Below are positions 23,703-33,792 of a stretch of DNA of 64,000 nt, one piece after another. This DNA comes from a virus. Lineage: Duplodnaviria; Caudoviricetes. Below the pieces are notes generated by a model. It was not told the origin of the DNA. It worked only from the letters and a program-made list of their open reading frames with translations, and made no database searches. Each line of letters begins with the position of its first letter. Position 1 is the first letter of the stretch. Location of the stretch: the IMG/VR virus record IMGVR_UViG_3300044846_003573; one strand, written 5' to 3'. The position numbers and the translations under genes were made by a program.

Positions 23703-25391
23703 ATGAATAAAAAACAATTACACGAACAATCATTAAAAGAACTACGTAAGTTAGAATATATATTTGAGGATGCGATTGATAAATCAACTTTTTTTAACGC
23801 TAAAAACGCTAGAGCTCATTTACAAAGTTTAGGGTATAAAGTTAAACCAACATTAGATGAAGTTGGTGATATTACACCTGAGTTTTCTAGTATATTACAA
23901 AAAATAGGTTCAGCGTTTAAAAAAGAAATGCCTGATTTAAACATACAATTTGGTTCGGGTAGGGATAGTTTTCATCGAAGAATATCAGGTACCAGTAGAC
24001 ATAATAAAGGCAACGCTAATGACGTAGTTTTTTGGAAAAATGAACAAGGTGACATCAAAGAAACCGATAATGAAATATTGGATAAAATTTCAACGTTACT
24101 ATGTGCCGCAAGAAAAAGTATTCCAGGATTTACATTTATTGATGAATACAGACACGGAACAAGAAATTCAACAGGTAATCATTTTCACCTATCTTGGTCA
24201 GAGAATGGGAGAGATGAAAGTAGATTTACACCAAAGTTTTGTAATTCAATAAATGTGTCAAGTTTAGATAGTTTTGAATTTCCTGAAGTTCCAAATAATG
24301 AAATTATCGATAAAAAAGAACCGTCTAAACTTGATAAGTTTTTAGATTATGTTGGGTTAGGTGAATTGAGTGACGCGACGGCAGGTAATAAAGAAAGTCA
24401 AAAAGGACTGGTGGATAAGGCAAAAGAACTTTTTTCAGATGATGATGTGAAAGATAATGATGAAGGTTTTGAAATATTTGGATATAAATTAGACGATATA
24501 TTAGATAACGTAAAAAGTATTATACCTCAATTTGAATCTGAACAAAAGAAAAAAAATATTTTAGAAACTCTTCAGATTAGCGATATTTCAGGGATGTCAA
24601 CTTATGGAAGGAAAAATGAAAAACTTAAATCAAGAAATTTTTTTGTTATCCATCATACTGCTGGTAGGGGTGATGCTGAAAAAGTTGTTGGCATTCTTAA
24701 TAGTAGAAAAGGTGGATTAGGTGTTCAATGGGTTATAGAAAGAGATGGGTCTATTGTTCGAACATTACCTGATGGAAGTAGAGGGGCTCATATTTTAAAT
24801 TCAAGTGATTTCCCATCGGCTCCAAAAGGAATTAATAATTCTAACACTGAAGGTGTTGAAGTTGTTGGTATGAATGATGATGACATTTTACCTGTACAGG
24901 CGGTTTCTGCACTTAAATTGGTTAAATCTTTGGGGTATAGTCCTGATAGGATTTACGGCCATGGTGAAATAAATCCGGGACATAAAGCAAAAACTGAAGG
25001 TCAAACAATAAAACAATTTATTTTAAAAAATTGGGGTAATAGTGAATCTGATTATGACTATTCTATGTTTGATAATAGGGGTGGTGATATTGAAACTGAA
25101 AAAAATAATACTAAAGAACCAAATAAACTAGAAAAATTTTTAGACTATGTTGGGTTAGGAACTTTTGTAGACGCTAAACCCGGAGATAAAGAAAGTCAAA
25201 AAGAGTTAGTGTCAAAAATCCAAGATAAAAAAGATGTTAAAGATACTGGTGACGGATTTGAAATTTTTGGATATAGTGTTGATGATATCTTAGATAAAAT
25301 TGGTGATTTATTACCTCAATTTGAATCTGAACAAAAGAAAAAAAATATTTTAGAAGATATTCAAAAAATTAAATCAAAAATGATTAAATAA
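23703..25391 (+). CDS. Two-module peptidoglycan hydrolase: M15-like peptidase plus Amidase_2
   Basis: SRHNKGNANDV...HFHLS (H-x6-D...H); FVIHHTAG...IYGHGEI. Confidence 0.75.
   Translation: MNKKQLHEQSLKELRKLEYIFEDAIDKSTFFNAKNARAHLQSLGYKVKPTLDEVGDITPEFSSILQKIGSAFKKEMPDLNIQFGSGRDSFHRRISGTSRHNKGNANDVVFWKNEQGDIKETDNEILDKISTLLCAARKSIPGFTFIDEYRHGTRNSTGNHFHLSWSENGRDESRFTPKFCNSINVSSLDSFEFPEVPNNEIIDKKEPSKLDKFLDYVGLGELSDATAGNKESQKGLVDKAKELFSDDDVKDNDEGFEIFGYKLDDILDNVKSIIPQFESEQKKKNILETLQISDISGMSTYGRKNEKLKSRNFFVIHHTAGRGDAEKVVGILNSRKGGLGVQWVIERDGSIVRTLPDGSRGAHILNSSDFPSAPKGINNSNTEGVEVVGMNDDDILPVQAVSALKLVKSLGYSPDRIYGHGEINPGHKAKTEGQTIKQFILKNWGNSESDYDYSMFDNRGGDIETEKNNTKEPNKLEKFLDYVGLGTFVDAKPGDKESQKELVSKIQDKKDVKDTGDGFEIFGYSVDDILDKIGDLLPQFESEQKKKNILEDIQKIKSKMIK
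24315..25355 (+). repeat. Dispersed ~82-aa direct repeat (24315-24566 and 25113-25355)
   Basis: KEP.KL.KFLDYVGLG...GFEIFGY..DDILD....PQFESEQKKKNILE; final 44 nt identical (24523-24566 = 25312-25355). Confidence 0.9.
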
Positions 25392-25417
25392 AAAAAGGGA
25401 CTAAAAAGTCCCTTTTT
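25390..25417. terminator. Bidirectional terminator between the amidase gene and tmRNA
   Basis: AAAAAAAGGGACT-AAAA-AGTCCCTTTTT. Confidence 0.8.
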
Positions 25418-25420
25418 AAT

Positions 25421-25815
25421 TGGTGGAGATGCGGGGATTCGAACCCCGGTCCAAATATGTCGACCATAAAACACTACACGTTTAGGTCATTGTTTTTCTA
25501 AACAATCCGAAACTTCACAATTCCCTTATTTTATAGTGGTTCGGTTTACTGAGAACTAATCCTCCACTTTGTTCCTTTTCGGATAGAAACCACACCACGG
25601 TACAAGCTTCTGTTGCAAGGTTATATGCTCACCGACCCCGTTGTATACTAATCTTAGATTAGGCTACAGTTACTTCTTCAGTACGGATTAAACCGAGTGT
25701 AGAAAGTTTTGCAATTGTGTTGCCGTTTGTGTTTTAAACCAGTTTTACAGGGTTAGTTTAGCCCCGACGTGCGTTTTATGACAGATTCATACCTGTCAAA
25801 TCCAAAAACATCCCC
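25421..25815 (-). ncRNA. ssrA: tmRNA
   Basis: 5' GGGGATG...GGATTTGAC; 3' CGGGGTTCGAATCCCCGCATCTCCACCA; G3:U70 acceptor pair; internal tag ORF 25724-25659. Confidence 0.93.
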
Positions 25816-25837
25816 ATATACTCAAAGAACTATGTTA

Positions 25838-25851
25838 CAAAGATATAAATA
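25838..25851 (-). promoter_or_regulatory. Overlapping host-type (TATCTTTG) and late-type (TATTTAT) motifs upstream of the tmRNA
   Basis: + strand CAAAGATATAAATA; TTG lies 20 nt further upstream. Confidence 0.55.
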
Positions 25852-25890
25852 TATTCTTCTTTTACCAAGTATTTATTAAAAAAAAGTTTA

Positions 25891-26970
25891 ATGAGTCAAC
25901 TTTATCAGGCATTAAAAGATTTTACGGAAGATTTAGTTACTGCAAATTTTGTTAGGTACGAAGACGATGAGGATATTTTACGTATTACAAGAATAAATGA
26001 AAAAAATCTTGGTAAGTCTTTGGTTTATTTAACGTTTGATAGTGATGATTATGTTGACCTTTTCACTAGAAATAATGATGAAACTAATAACGGTTATTTA
26101 ATTAGAGTTGCTTTCCAAGGGGGGTATTATGGAGGTAATGTTTTTGTTGATGATTATTCCATGGATTATGATTGGGATGAGGGTTATTTACTACACTATT
26201 TCAATGATGAGAATTTAGATAGGGTTAAACAAATAGTAAAAATATTAAGACCTAGTCTTTCCGTTGAGGATTTAAGAAATCATAACGATAAAGTTATTGA
26301 AATTTGTAAGTGGTTAAAAAATGAATTTTCAAATGAGATAGATAGTATTATTTACGATTATTCAAGTGAATATGATGAAGCCTTGGTTAAAGGATTAAGA
26401 CAATATGTTATATCTAAATTATGTAACGCTTTACTTCCTTTAAATATCTTTGAGAAAAAATGTACTAATCTCTACATGACAACTGTATCAATTCTTTTAA
26501 ATACTTGGGATAAGTCTGGTGAAGACAAAGACGCTAAACTTTCAGATATGTTAAAAACAAGTATTGACCAATTGGGAATACAGTTTGATGAAGATTTATA
26601 TGAAGATTATTATGCTTATTTTGATAGTCAAAATTATGATGATGAAGGTTTTAACAGAAGTGTAACTTGGAATCTTGATAAAATCATGGAAAAAATTGAA
26701 AATAGTGATAATATTGATTCTTATCGTAAAAACTCTGAAACACTTGAAAAACTATCAAAGTTAAAGTATGGTGAATTTAATAGATGGTATGAATTTCCTT
26801 CACAAAAAACATTTGGTGAAAAGACACCAAACAAATTCATAATTCAAGATGTTGATGACGGAAAAATACTCATTACATATAGTAATCATAGTAAAAATGA
26901 ATTTAACCAAACCGTTAAAATTGATTATGATACTTTCTTAAATTTTTTATATCATCCTGAATTGTTTTAA
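25891..26970 (+). CDS. Acidic hypothetical protein
   Basis: 359-aa ORF; TATTTAT at 25870. Confidence 0.7.
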   Translation: MSQLYQALKDFTEDLVTANFVRYEDDEDILRITRINEKNLGKSLVYLTFDSDDYVDLFTRNNDETNNGYLIRVAFQGGYYGGNVFVDDYSMDYDWDEGYLLHYFNDENLDRVKQIVKILRPSLSVEDLRNHNDKVIEICKWLKNEFSNEIDSIIYDYSSEYDEALVKGLRQYVISKLCNALLPLNIFEKKCTNLYMTTVSILLNTWDKSGEDKDAKLSDMLKTSIDQLGIQFDEDLYEDYYAYFDSQNYDDEGFNRSVTWNLDKIMEKIENSDNIDSYRKNSETLEKLSKLKYGEFNRWYEFPSQKTFGEKTPNKFIIQDVDDGKILITYSNHSKNEFNQTVKIDYDTFLNFLYHPELF

Positions 26971-26997
26971 TAAAAAAATAGCTTATCTTTATGAGCT

Positions 26998-27816
26998 ATG
27001 ATAGAAAATGTTGATTTTTTAAAAAAGGTATTGTCAATACCTACAAAATCATTTAAAGAAGATTTAATGATTGAATTTTTGGTTAAATATTTAACCGAAA
27101 AAAAACATAATTTTAAAGTTGATGACTTTGGAAATGTTTATGTCACAAAGGGTGAAATAAACGAGGGTGAATTTTACCCTTGTATTGTTGCACATACTGA
27201 TACGGTTCATAACATTGACACAATCAATATCCATGAAGAACAACTTAAAGACTCAAAAGGTAATCCAAGTTTATCACTTAAAGCATATAACGATTTGGGT
27301 AACCCGACAGGTATTGGTGGTGATGATAAGTGTGGAGTGTTTGCCTGTCTTCAGTTATTGGAAGTCTTTGATGTAATTAAAGTTGCTTTATTTGTATCTG
27401 AAGAAGTTGGTTGTTTGGGTTCAAAAGAAGCTGACAGGGGTTTTTTTAGTAATGTAGGTTACGCAATTCAATTTGACGCTCCTGACGACTACATGGTAAC
27501 AGAATATTGTTATGGTGTTAAAGTATTTGAAACGGATTCTGAATTTGAAACAAAGGCTAAAAAAGTTCTTTCTGAAGGTATGTTATCTGAACCAAAATAT
27601 ATGCAACACCCTTACACAGATGTTTGGCAACTTCGTAAAAAGTTTGACTTCTCTTGTATCAACTTTTCAATCGGATATCACAACTATCACACACCAAACG
27701 AATATGTTGTTGTCCATGAAGTTTTTGCCGGTATGAATACAGGTAAAAAACTAATCGAAGAACTCGGTAAACAGAAATACCAATTCATACACAGTTCACA
27801 AGTTTTTAATTTTTAA
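26998..27816 (+). CDS. M28/M20-family zinc peptidase
   Basis: IVAHTDTVH, GGDDKCG, SEEVGCLGS, IQFD, GYHNYHT metal-ligand pattern. Confidence 0.85.
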   Translation: MIENVDFLKKVLSIPTKSFKEDLMIEFLVKYLTEKKHNFKVDDFGNVYVTKGEINEGEFYPCIVAHTDTVHNIDTINIHEEQLKDSKGNPSLSLKAYNDLGNPTGIGGDDKCGVFACLQLLEVFDVIKVALFVSEEVGCLGSKEADRGFFSNVGYAIQFDAPDDYMVTEYCYGVKVFETDSEFETKAKKVLSEGMLSEPKYMQHPYTDVWQLRKKFDFSCINFSIGYHNYHTPNEYVVVHEVFAGMNTGKKLIEELGKQKYQFIHSSQVFNF

Positions 27817-27820
27817 TTAT

Positions 27821-27849
27821 AAAAAAAAGGGGGTTTATTCCCCCTTTTT
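27821..27849. terminator. Bidirectional terminator
   Basis: A-run GGGGG-TTTATT-CCCCC T-run. Confidence 0.75.
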
Positions 27850-29898
27850 CTTTCTTGGTCTTTTCACTTTTGGTGTTTCATCAGGTTGGGCTTCAACTTC
27901 TGATATTGACACTTCCTCCTCATTGATTTCAATATTGTAGGACTTATACATTACAATTTTTTCACGTAATACTTCATCTGAAATGTAGTCTTCAATCTTT
28001 TCTTGAATCGCTCTTTTCAAAGGACGTGCTCCGTAAACATCATCAAATCCAACTTTTGAAACAAAGTCAATTACTGACTGACCGAAGTTAATGTTATATC
28101 CCAATTTTGACAAACGAGATTTCAATTTGTTAACTTCAACCAAAACAATCTTTTGAATATCGTCATTTTGAAGTGTATTGAATACAATTACCTCATCCAA
28201 ACGATTGATAAATTCAGGTGCGAAGTGGTTCTTCAATTCTTTGTTTAACATTGTTTTTTTAAGTTCTTCATTAGCATAAACATTATTAGTTTTACTAAAC
28301 CCAACACCTGCTCCAAATTCTTGCATCTTTTTCACCCCAAGATTTGAAGTCATAATAATTAAACAGTTCTTGAAATTGATTTTTCTTCCAAAACTATCTG
28401 TCATGTAACCTTCATCCAACAATTGAAGTAATGCCGAGAATATATCTTTGTGAGCCTTCTCAACCTCGTCAAATAATACCACAGAGTATGGTTTGGTTTT
28501 AACTTGTTCTGTAAGTTGACCACCTTCATCATATCCTACATAACCTGGAGGTGAACCAATCAAACGAGATACGGTATGTTTATCTTGATATTCAGACATA
28601 TCAACTCGGATAAGATTTTCATCACTACCAAAGATTTGTCTTGCCAATTCTTTTGCCAATAATGTCTTACCAACACCTGTTGAACCTAAGAATATAAATG
28701 AACCAATTGGTTTATTTGGGTCTTTGATACCTAATCTATTTCTACGAATAGATTTCGCAATCTTTGTAACCGCTTCTTTTTGTCCAATGACTGATTTATT
28801 TAACTCTTCCTCTAAATTAATAAGAGCAATTTTATCATCTAAATTAAGTTTTGTTAAAGGTATTTTTGTCATTGTTGACACTACCTCGTAAACCAATTCT
28901 TCAGAAATTGTTTTTCTATTATCCAAAAGAGTTTGTTCAAACTTTTTCTTTTCAATATCAAGTTGTGATAAAACTTTCTTTTCTTTATCTCTTAAGTTAG
29001 CGGCTTCTTCGTAATTCTGTTTTTTAACAACAAGTAATTTTTGTTGTTTAATCTCTAACGCCTGACGTTTTAATTCATCAATTATTTCAGGATTTTTTAC
29101 ATCCACCTGAGCTCTTGCTCCGACTTCATCTAAGATGTCAAACGCTTTGTCAGGGAACTCTCTGTCCGTGATATATCGCTCCGCTAAGTCAACACAGATT
29201 TGTAGAATATTATCGGTATAATTTACTTTGTGATAATTTTCGTATCTGTCTTTAACATTTTTAAGGATTTGTAATGTTTCTTCTTTTGTTGATGAACTAA
29301 CAATTACTTTTTGAAAACGTCTATCCAACGCTCCGTCCTTTTCAATTTGTTTTTTATACTCATCTAATGTTGTAGCTCCAATACATTGTATTTCACCTCT
29401 TGATAATGCTGGTTTTAAGATATTGGATGCGTCCATGGAACCTGAGGCGTTACCTGCTCCGACAATGGTATGGATTTCATCAATGAATAGAATAACATTT
29501 GGGGTTGCTTGAATTTCTTCCAAGATAACCTTTAATCGTTCCTCAAATTGACCACGATACTTTGTTCCGGCAACAACTGAATTCATCTCTAATGAAAGAA
29601 TACGTTTGTCAACCAAGTTTCTTGGACAATCACCTTCAAAAATCTTCATTGCCAATCCCTCAACAATTGCCGTCTTACCACAACCAGGTTCACCGATGAT
29701 AATTGGGTTGTTTTTCTTTCTTCTTGAAAGGATTTGAGCAATACGTAATATTTCGTCTTCTCTACCGACAACGGGGTCTAACTTACCTTCTTCGGCAAGT
29801 TTAATAAGGTCACGACTAAAATTGTCTAAAACAGGTGTACTTGAGTTAACCTCTGCTTTTTTTGGTAGTTTCCCACCTTCTTCAACTGAATCTGTCAT
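27835..29898 (-). CDS. clpC: ClpC-type AAA+ unfoldase lacking the N-terminal Clp-repeat domain
   Basis: GEPGCGKT and GSTGVGKT Walker A motifs, KYRG and GYVG pore loops, UVR motif [13 protein letters not shown] loop; start at ATG 29898, TACATTTG upstream. Confidence 0.88.
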   Translation of the reverse strand: MTDSVEEGGKLPKKAEVNSSTPVLDNFSRDLIKLAEEGKLDPVVGREDEILRIAQILSRRKKNNPIIIGEPGCGKTAIVEGLAMKIFEGDCPRNLVDKRILSLEMNSVVAGTKYRGQFEERLKVILEEIQATPNVILFIDEIHTIVGAGNASGSMDASNILKPALSRGEIQCIGATTLDEYKKQIEKDGALDRRFQKVIVSSSTKEETLQILKNVKDRYENYHKVNYTDNILQICVDLAERYITDREFPDKAFDILDEVGARAQVDVKNPEIIDELKRQALEIKQQKLLVVKKQNYEEAANLRDKEKKVLSQLDIEKKKFEQTLLDNRKTISEELVYEVVSTMTKIPLTKLNLDDKIALINLEEELNKSVIGQKEAVTKIAKSIRRNRLGIKDPNKPIGSFIFLGSTGVGKTLLAKELARQIFGSDENLIRVDMSEYQDKHTVSRLIGSPPGYVGYDEGGQLTEQVKTKPYSVVLFDEVEKAHKDIFSALLQLLDEGYMTDSFGRKINFKNCLIIMTSNLGVKKMQEFGAGVGFSKTNNVYANEELKKTMLNKELKNHFAPEFINRLDEVIVFNTLQNDDIQKIVLVEVNKLKSRLSKLGYNINFGQSVIDFVSKVGFDDVYGARPLKRAIQEKIEDYISDEVLREKIVMYKSYNIEINEEEVSISEVEAQPDETPKVKRPRKKKGE

Positions 29899-29986
29899 AA
29901 AATAGTTTTTATTAAAATTAAATGAATTTGTTCTTAAATTCAACTACAAATGTAATTCAAAATTATTTATCATTAAAAAAAAAGTT

Positions 29987-30229
29987 ATGGCAATCACAAA
30001 AGAAACAATCAGTGGAACAAATATTATTTGTGAAATTGAATCATCAAACATTACTAAAACAGATTTCAACACAGAGAGTAAAAAACTAATTGTTGATTTT
30101 AAAACCGGCGCTCAGTATGAATATGAGGAGGTACCTCATGAAGTTTATACAAGATTTAGAATGGCAGAATCACAAGGAAGTTTTTTCAATAAAAACATTG
30201 CAAAGGCTTACAAATATAAAAGATTGTAA
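29987..30229 (+). CDS. KTSC-domain protein
   Basis: SSNI...L.VDFK.GA.YEY..VP..VY...AESQGSFFNKNI. Confidence 0.88.
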   Translation: MAITKETISGTNIICEIESSNITKTDFNTESKKLIVDFKTGAQYEYEEVPHEVYTRFRMAESQGSFFNKNIAKAYKYKRL

Positions 30230-30249
30230 TTAGTTGATATTTATTATTT

Positions 30250-31011
30250 GTGAAAGATAATAATATAATTCAAAGTTTTTTTTCTAAAGATGAACTTAAC
30301 TCAAAAATTTGGGATGAGAACATGAAGTTGCGTAAAGAAGTAAGAGAAAAATTACTTTACACTGCAAATGAATTTATTGATTTTATTGGTGTTCCTTTAT
30401 TAATTGAGGATGTTATTTTCACAGGTTCTTTAGCAAACTACAATTGGTCGGAGTATTCTGATATTGATTTACACGTCGTTTGTGATTTCATTCAATTTTC
30501 TGACACTGAGTTATCACTTTACGAAGAATTATTTAAAGTTAAAAAAACTATTTTCAATACCAATCACGATATTAAAATTTTTGGGTATGAAGTTGAACTA
30601 TATGTTCAAAACGCATCTGAAGCACATTTTAGTTCAGGTGTTTATTCAGTTCTATATGATGAATGGGATATGAAACCTGAAAAAGAAGAAGTTAAGATAG
30701 ACACTAAATTATTAAAGTCAAAAATTAATCATTGGAAAACACAGATTGACACTGTGGTTGATAACGCATCAGAGAAAGATATTGATGAAGCAAGAGAATA
30801 TATTAAAAAATTTAAAGAAAAACTTAAAAAATATAGGAGTTCAGGTCTTAAAAAAGATGGTGAATATTCATATGAAAATTTGGTCTTTAAGTACTTAAGA
30901 AGAAGTGATTATTTGGAAAAACTATTTAATTTAGAGAATAAATTGGTCGATAAAGAATTATCACTAATGGAACAAAAGATAGATTTTTTACTTAATCTAA
31001 AAAAATCTTAA
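30250..31011 (+). CDS. Pol-beta-superfamily nucleotidyltransferase
   Basis: FTGSLANYNWSEYSDIDLH (GS...DxD) and downstream EVELY. Confidence 0.75.
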   Translation: MKDNNIIQSFFSKDELNSKIWDENMKLRKEVREKLLYTANEFIDFIGVPLLIEDVIFTGSLANYNWSEYSDIDLHVVCDFIQFSDTELSLYEELFKVKKTIFNTNHDIKIFGYEVELYVQNASEAHFSSGVYSVLYDEWDMKPEKEEVKIDTKLLKSKINHWKTQIDTVVDNASEKDIDEAREYIKKFKEKLKKYRSSGLKKDGEYSYENLVFKYLRRSDYLEKLFNLENKLVDKELSLMEQKIDFLLNLKKS

Positions 31012-31043
31012 ATTTCTGTATATTTATTAAGAAAACTTAAATT

Positions 31044-31232
31044 ATGGCGCAGTATTCTTCTGGAACATATACTTATGTGGTTATTAACAACACTACAGGT
31101 GGAACTAATTGTAATACTTGTACATCAACATTACAACCACACCCAACTTATGGTGGTGGAACAATTTCAGGAGATACTGTAATACAACTAAACGCCGTAA
31201 CAATAGGCGGTTTTAACGGATTAAATAGTTAA
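31044..31232 (+). CDS. Small Thr/Gly-rich late protein with CxxC
   Basis: 62 aa, CNTC; TATTTAT at 31021. Confidence 0.6.
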   Translation: MAQYSSGTYTYVVINNTTGGTNCNTCTSTLQPHPTYGGGTISGDTVIQLNAVTIGGFNGLNS

Positions 31233-31238
31233 AAAATT

Positions 31239-32516
31239 ATGAGCAAACTAAAACCAATTGGTAGTGAGAAACTACAAGGTATGGATAAAATCCAAAGAAT
31301 TATGGAAATAGCTCGTTATAACGAGAATATACCAAATTCAATTAATGAAACATCTTCAGTTGATTACAGAGTAACATTAGCTGATGGTAACACCTATGAA
31401 ATTGTAAAAGAAAGATTGGGTTATATCATTAAAAAACAAATCAATGAATCTACTTCAGATTATATTGACCATATGAAGAATAGAAAACATTTTTCTTCAT
31501 ACTCTGCAGCTATGAGAAAATTAAATTTAATGGCTGGTGAAATTAATAGAGTTAATGGTATTAGTGAAGGAATTTCTTTATTTACTGAAGATAAGAAATA
31601 CATGTTAAAAACACCAAAACCTGAAATGGAAGCCCCAACTGAAGCACCTTCAGATTTACCTCCACCGGCACCTGCTCCTGAGGAAACTCCTGCACCTGCT
31701 GACCCATCTATGGGTTCAGACATGGGTGGTGATTTACCAGTTGCACCTGAAGGTGATGAAATGGGTATGGAAGAACCAACAGGTATGGAAGAACCAACAG
31801 GTATGGAAGATATGGGTGAATTACCATCAGAAGGTGGGGAAGGTGAACCTGTAACATTTAAATCTATCCAAAAGTTAACTGGAAAGTTGGCTCAAAAAAT
31901 TAGAGATTATTCAGGTGAAGATGAGTTATCAAGTAAAGATGTAAAATATGTTATTAATTCAATATTATCTTCTTTAGATTTAAATTCATTGGATGAAGAA
32001 GATAAAGAAGAAATTTTATCTAGATTTGAAGGTGAGGAAGAATCCGATTACGGAATGGAAGATATGGGTTCATCTGAAGATGAAATGTCAAGTGAAGAAC
32101 CTGATATGTCTTCGGAAGAAGAACCAATGCCTGAACCTGAGGGTGAAATGGCTGAAGGATGGATGGACGAAATGGAATTTAAAGAGGAGGATTTTGTTAC
32201 TGCTAGCTTAGATAAAATTTTTGGGGAGTCAACAATTGAAAAAGTTCTTAAAAGTTATGTTGTAATTAATGAAAATGAAAAGAAATTTGTTAAAGAAAAG
32301 AAAAAAGAACAAAAAGTTATTTCAGAATCAAGAAAAATTAAATACAACAAAGAAATTGAAAGATTATCTTTAACTGAAGCTCAAGCTGAAATATCAAAAA
32401 AGATTGTTAACAATTTCCCATTTGTAACTTTTGTAGGTAAAACTAATAAAGGTAATTTAGTATTTGAAAATAAAGACAAGCAACTTAAGGTGTCCCCACA
32501 AGGTAATATCCTATGA
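31239..32516 (+). CDS. Acidic Pro/Glu-rich putative prohead-core protein
   Basis: Low-complexity PAPEE/GMEEPT segments; upstream of the head genes. Confidence 0.6.
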   Translation: MSKLKPIGSEKLQGMDKIQRIMEIARYNENIPNSINETSSVDYRVTLADGNTYEIVKERLGYIIKKQINESTSDYIDHMKNRKHFSSYSAAMRKLNLMAGEINRVNGISEGISLFTEDKKYMLKTPKPEMEAPTEAPSDLPPPAPAPEETPAPADPSMGSDMGGDLPVAPEGDEMGMEEPTGMEEPTGMEDMGELPSEGGEGEPVTFKSIQKLTGKLAQKIRDYSGEDELSSKDVKYVINSILSSLDLNSLDEEDKEEILSRFEGEEESDYGMEDMGSSEDEMSSEEPDMSSEEEPMPEPEGEMAEGWMDEMEFKEEDFVTASLDKIFGESTIEKVLKSYVVINENEKKFVKEKKKEQKVISESRKIKYNKEIERLSLTEAQAEISKKIVNNFPFVTFVGKTNKGNLVFENKDKQLKVSPQGNIL

Positions 32517-32932
32517 GTTATTTAGTTTTTGTTAACGGATTAGGAGCTAATTATAGGGGAAACAAAACTTACGAGTTTATTTTCTCACAAACAACTGAAG
32601 TATTTGGTGATGATTGGGACACAGTTCCAGCTAATGGAAACCCAACACCACCTGATACTGAAGAAATTAAAAAAGTAGGAGTATTGAATAGAGACGGAAT
32701 AGATATGGAGCTCATTCAAAACTCCGATTTTTTTTGTATGAAAGATGCAATAGACAATGTGGTAGCTTTAGCTTGGGAAAACGATAGTGACAAAGATGAA
32801 AGATTAGTTTTTCACTTTGGAATGACTGAACAACAAGTAAAAGATAAATTATATGAAAAGGATATAATCCTTGAATTTTATAAAGAGTTTGAAGAAGATG
32901 GAAATAAAAAGACAAATTCAAAAATTAGTTGA
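32513..32932 (+). CDS. Hypothetical protein in the head-gene region
   Basis: ATGA overlap with the upstream gene. Confidence 0.7.
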   Translation: MSYLVFVNGLGANYRGNKTYEFIFSQTTEVFGDDWDTVPANGNPTPPDTEEIKKVGVLNRDGIDMELIQNSDFFCMKDAIDNVVALAWENDSDKDERLVFHFGMTEQQVKDKLYEKDIILEFYKEFEEDGNKKTNSKIS

Positions 32933-33791
32933 GATAGGTTTTACTAAAGAAAATTTAAGTAAACAATCTCCAAAACAAATTAATACCTTATATGAATCTA
33001 TGGTTAATGCCCATGGATTTGTTGGTTATGGTAAAATGGATAAACCTATTGGAAGAATGTTTTCAGGTGGTAAAAAAACTGAAGCTAAAGAAGCAATTAC
33101 TCAAACTAAAGATGTAACAACAACCACAAATATACCTTTATCGGACATTCAAAATAAAGGAACTGTAATTCCAAAATCAAATGACCCTAATAAACCGTCA
33201 ACAGCTAAAGTGGAAAACGGAGTTTTAAAAATTTCTACCGCTGAAGGTGAAATGACTGAAGGTAAGAAAAAAAGAAAAAAGAAAGTTGAAAAAAATCCTT
33301 GGGCTATCTGTACATCATCATTAGGTTTGGAAGGTAAGAAGAAAGATGATTACACTAAAGGTGAAGATAAGAAATTTGAAAGATGTGTTCTTGATGTCAA
33401 AAAGTCATTAAAAGAAGGTAAAAATCCATATGAAGTAATTTTGGAACGAAAAATGAGAGAAATCATTGAAGAAAATTTAAGACCAACTATGACTAAAAAA
33501 GATTTGATTAAAAGTATTTTGGAATCAAAAACAAAAGAAAAAACTAAAGAAAAGGAAAAAACAACTACTCCTACAAGAAAGAATCCTTTTCAACCGGCAC
33601 CTAACACTGACCCAAAACCAAAAGGTTCGGGAACTAAGGAAAAAGAAAAAACTAAGGAAAAGGAAAGAACAACAACAAACCCTAGAAAAAACCCTTTTCA
33701 ACCAGCTCCTAACACAGACCCAAGACCAAAAGGTAAATTACCTGATTATTTAAGTTTTGGTAAAATGAATATTAAATTAAAAGGTGAGTAA
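32898..33791 (+). CDS. Basic late protein with duplicated TKEKE...RKNPFQPAPNTDP.PKG repeat
   Basis: Two ~32-aa copies near 33531-33734; start at ATG 32898. Confidence 0.7.
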   Translation: MEIKRQIQKLVEIGFTKENLSKQSPKQINTLYESMVNAHGFVGYGKMDKPIGRMFSGGKKTEAKEAITQTKDVTTTTNIPLSDIQNKGTVIPKSNDPNKPSTAKVENGVLKISTAEGEMTEGKKKRKKKVEKNPWAICTSSLGLEGKKKDDYTKGEDKKFERCVLDVKKSLKEGKNPYEVILERKMREIIEENLRPTMTKKDLIKSILESKTKEKTKEKEKTTTPTRKNPFQPAPNTDPKPKGSGTKEKEKTKEKERTTTNPRKNPFQPAPNTDPRPKGKLPDYLSFGKMNIKLKGE

Positions 33792-33792
33792 G

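Noticed and set aside
27835-29943. Longer TTG-start version of the Clp ATPase restoring an N-domain
   Set aside because: It adds only 15 AT-rich residues, and the TACATTTG promoter at 29947-29954 favours ATG 29898.
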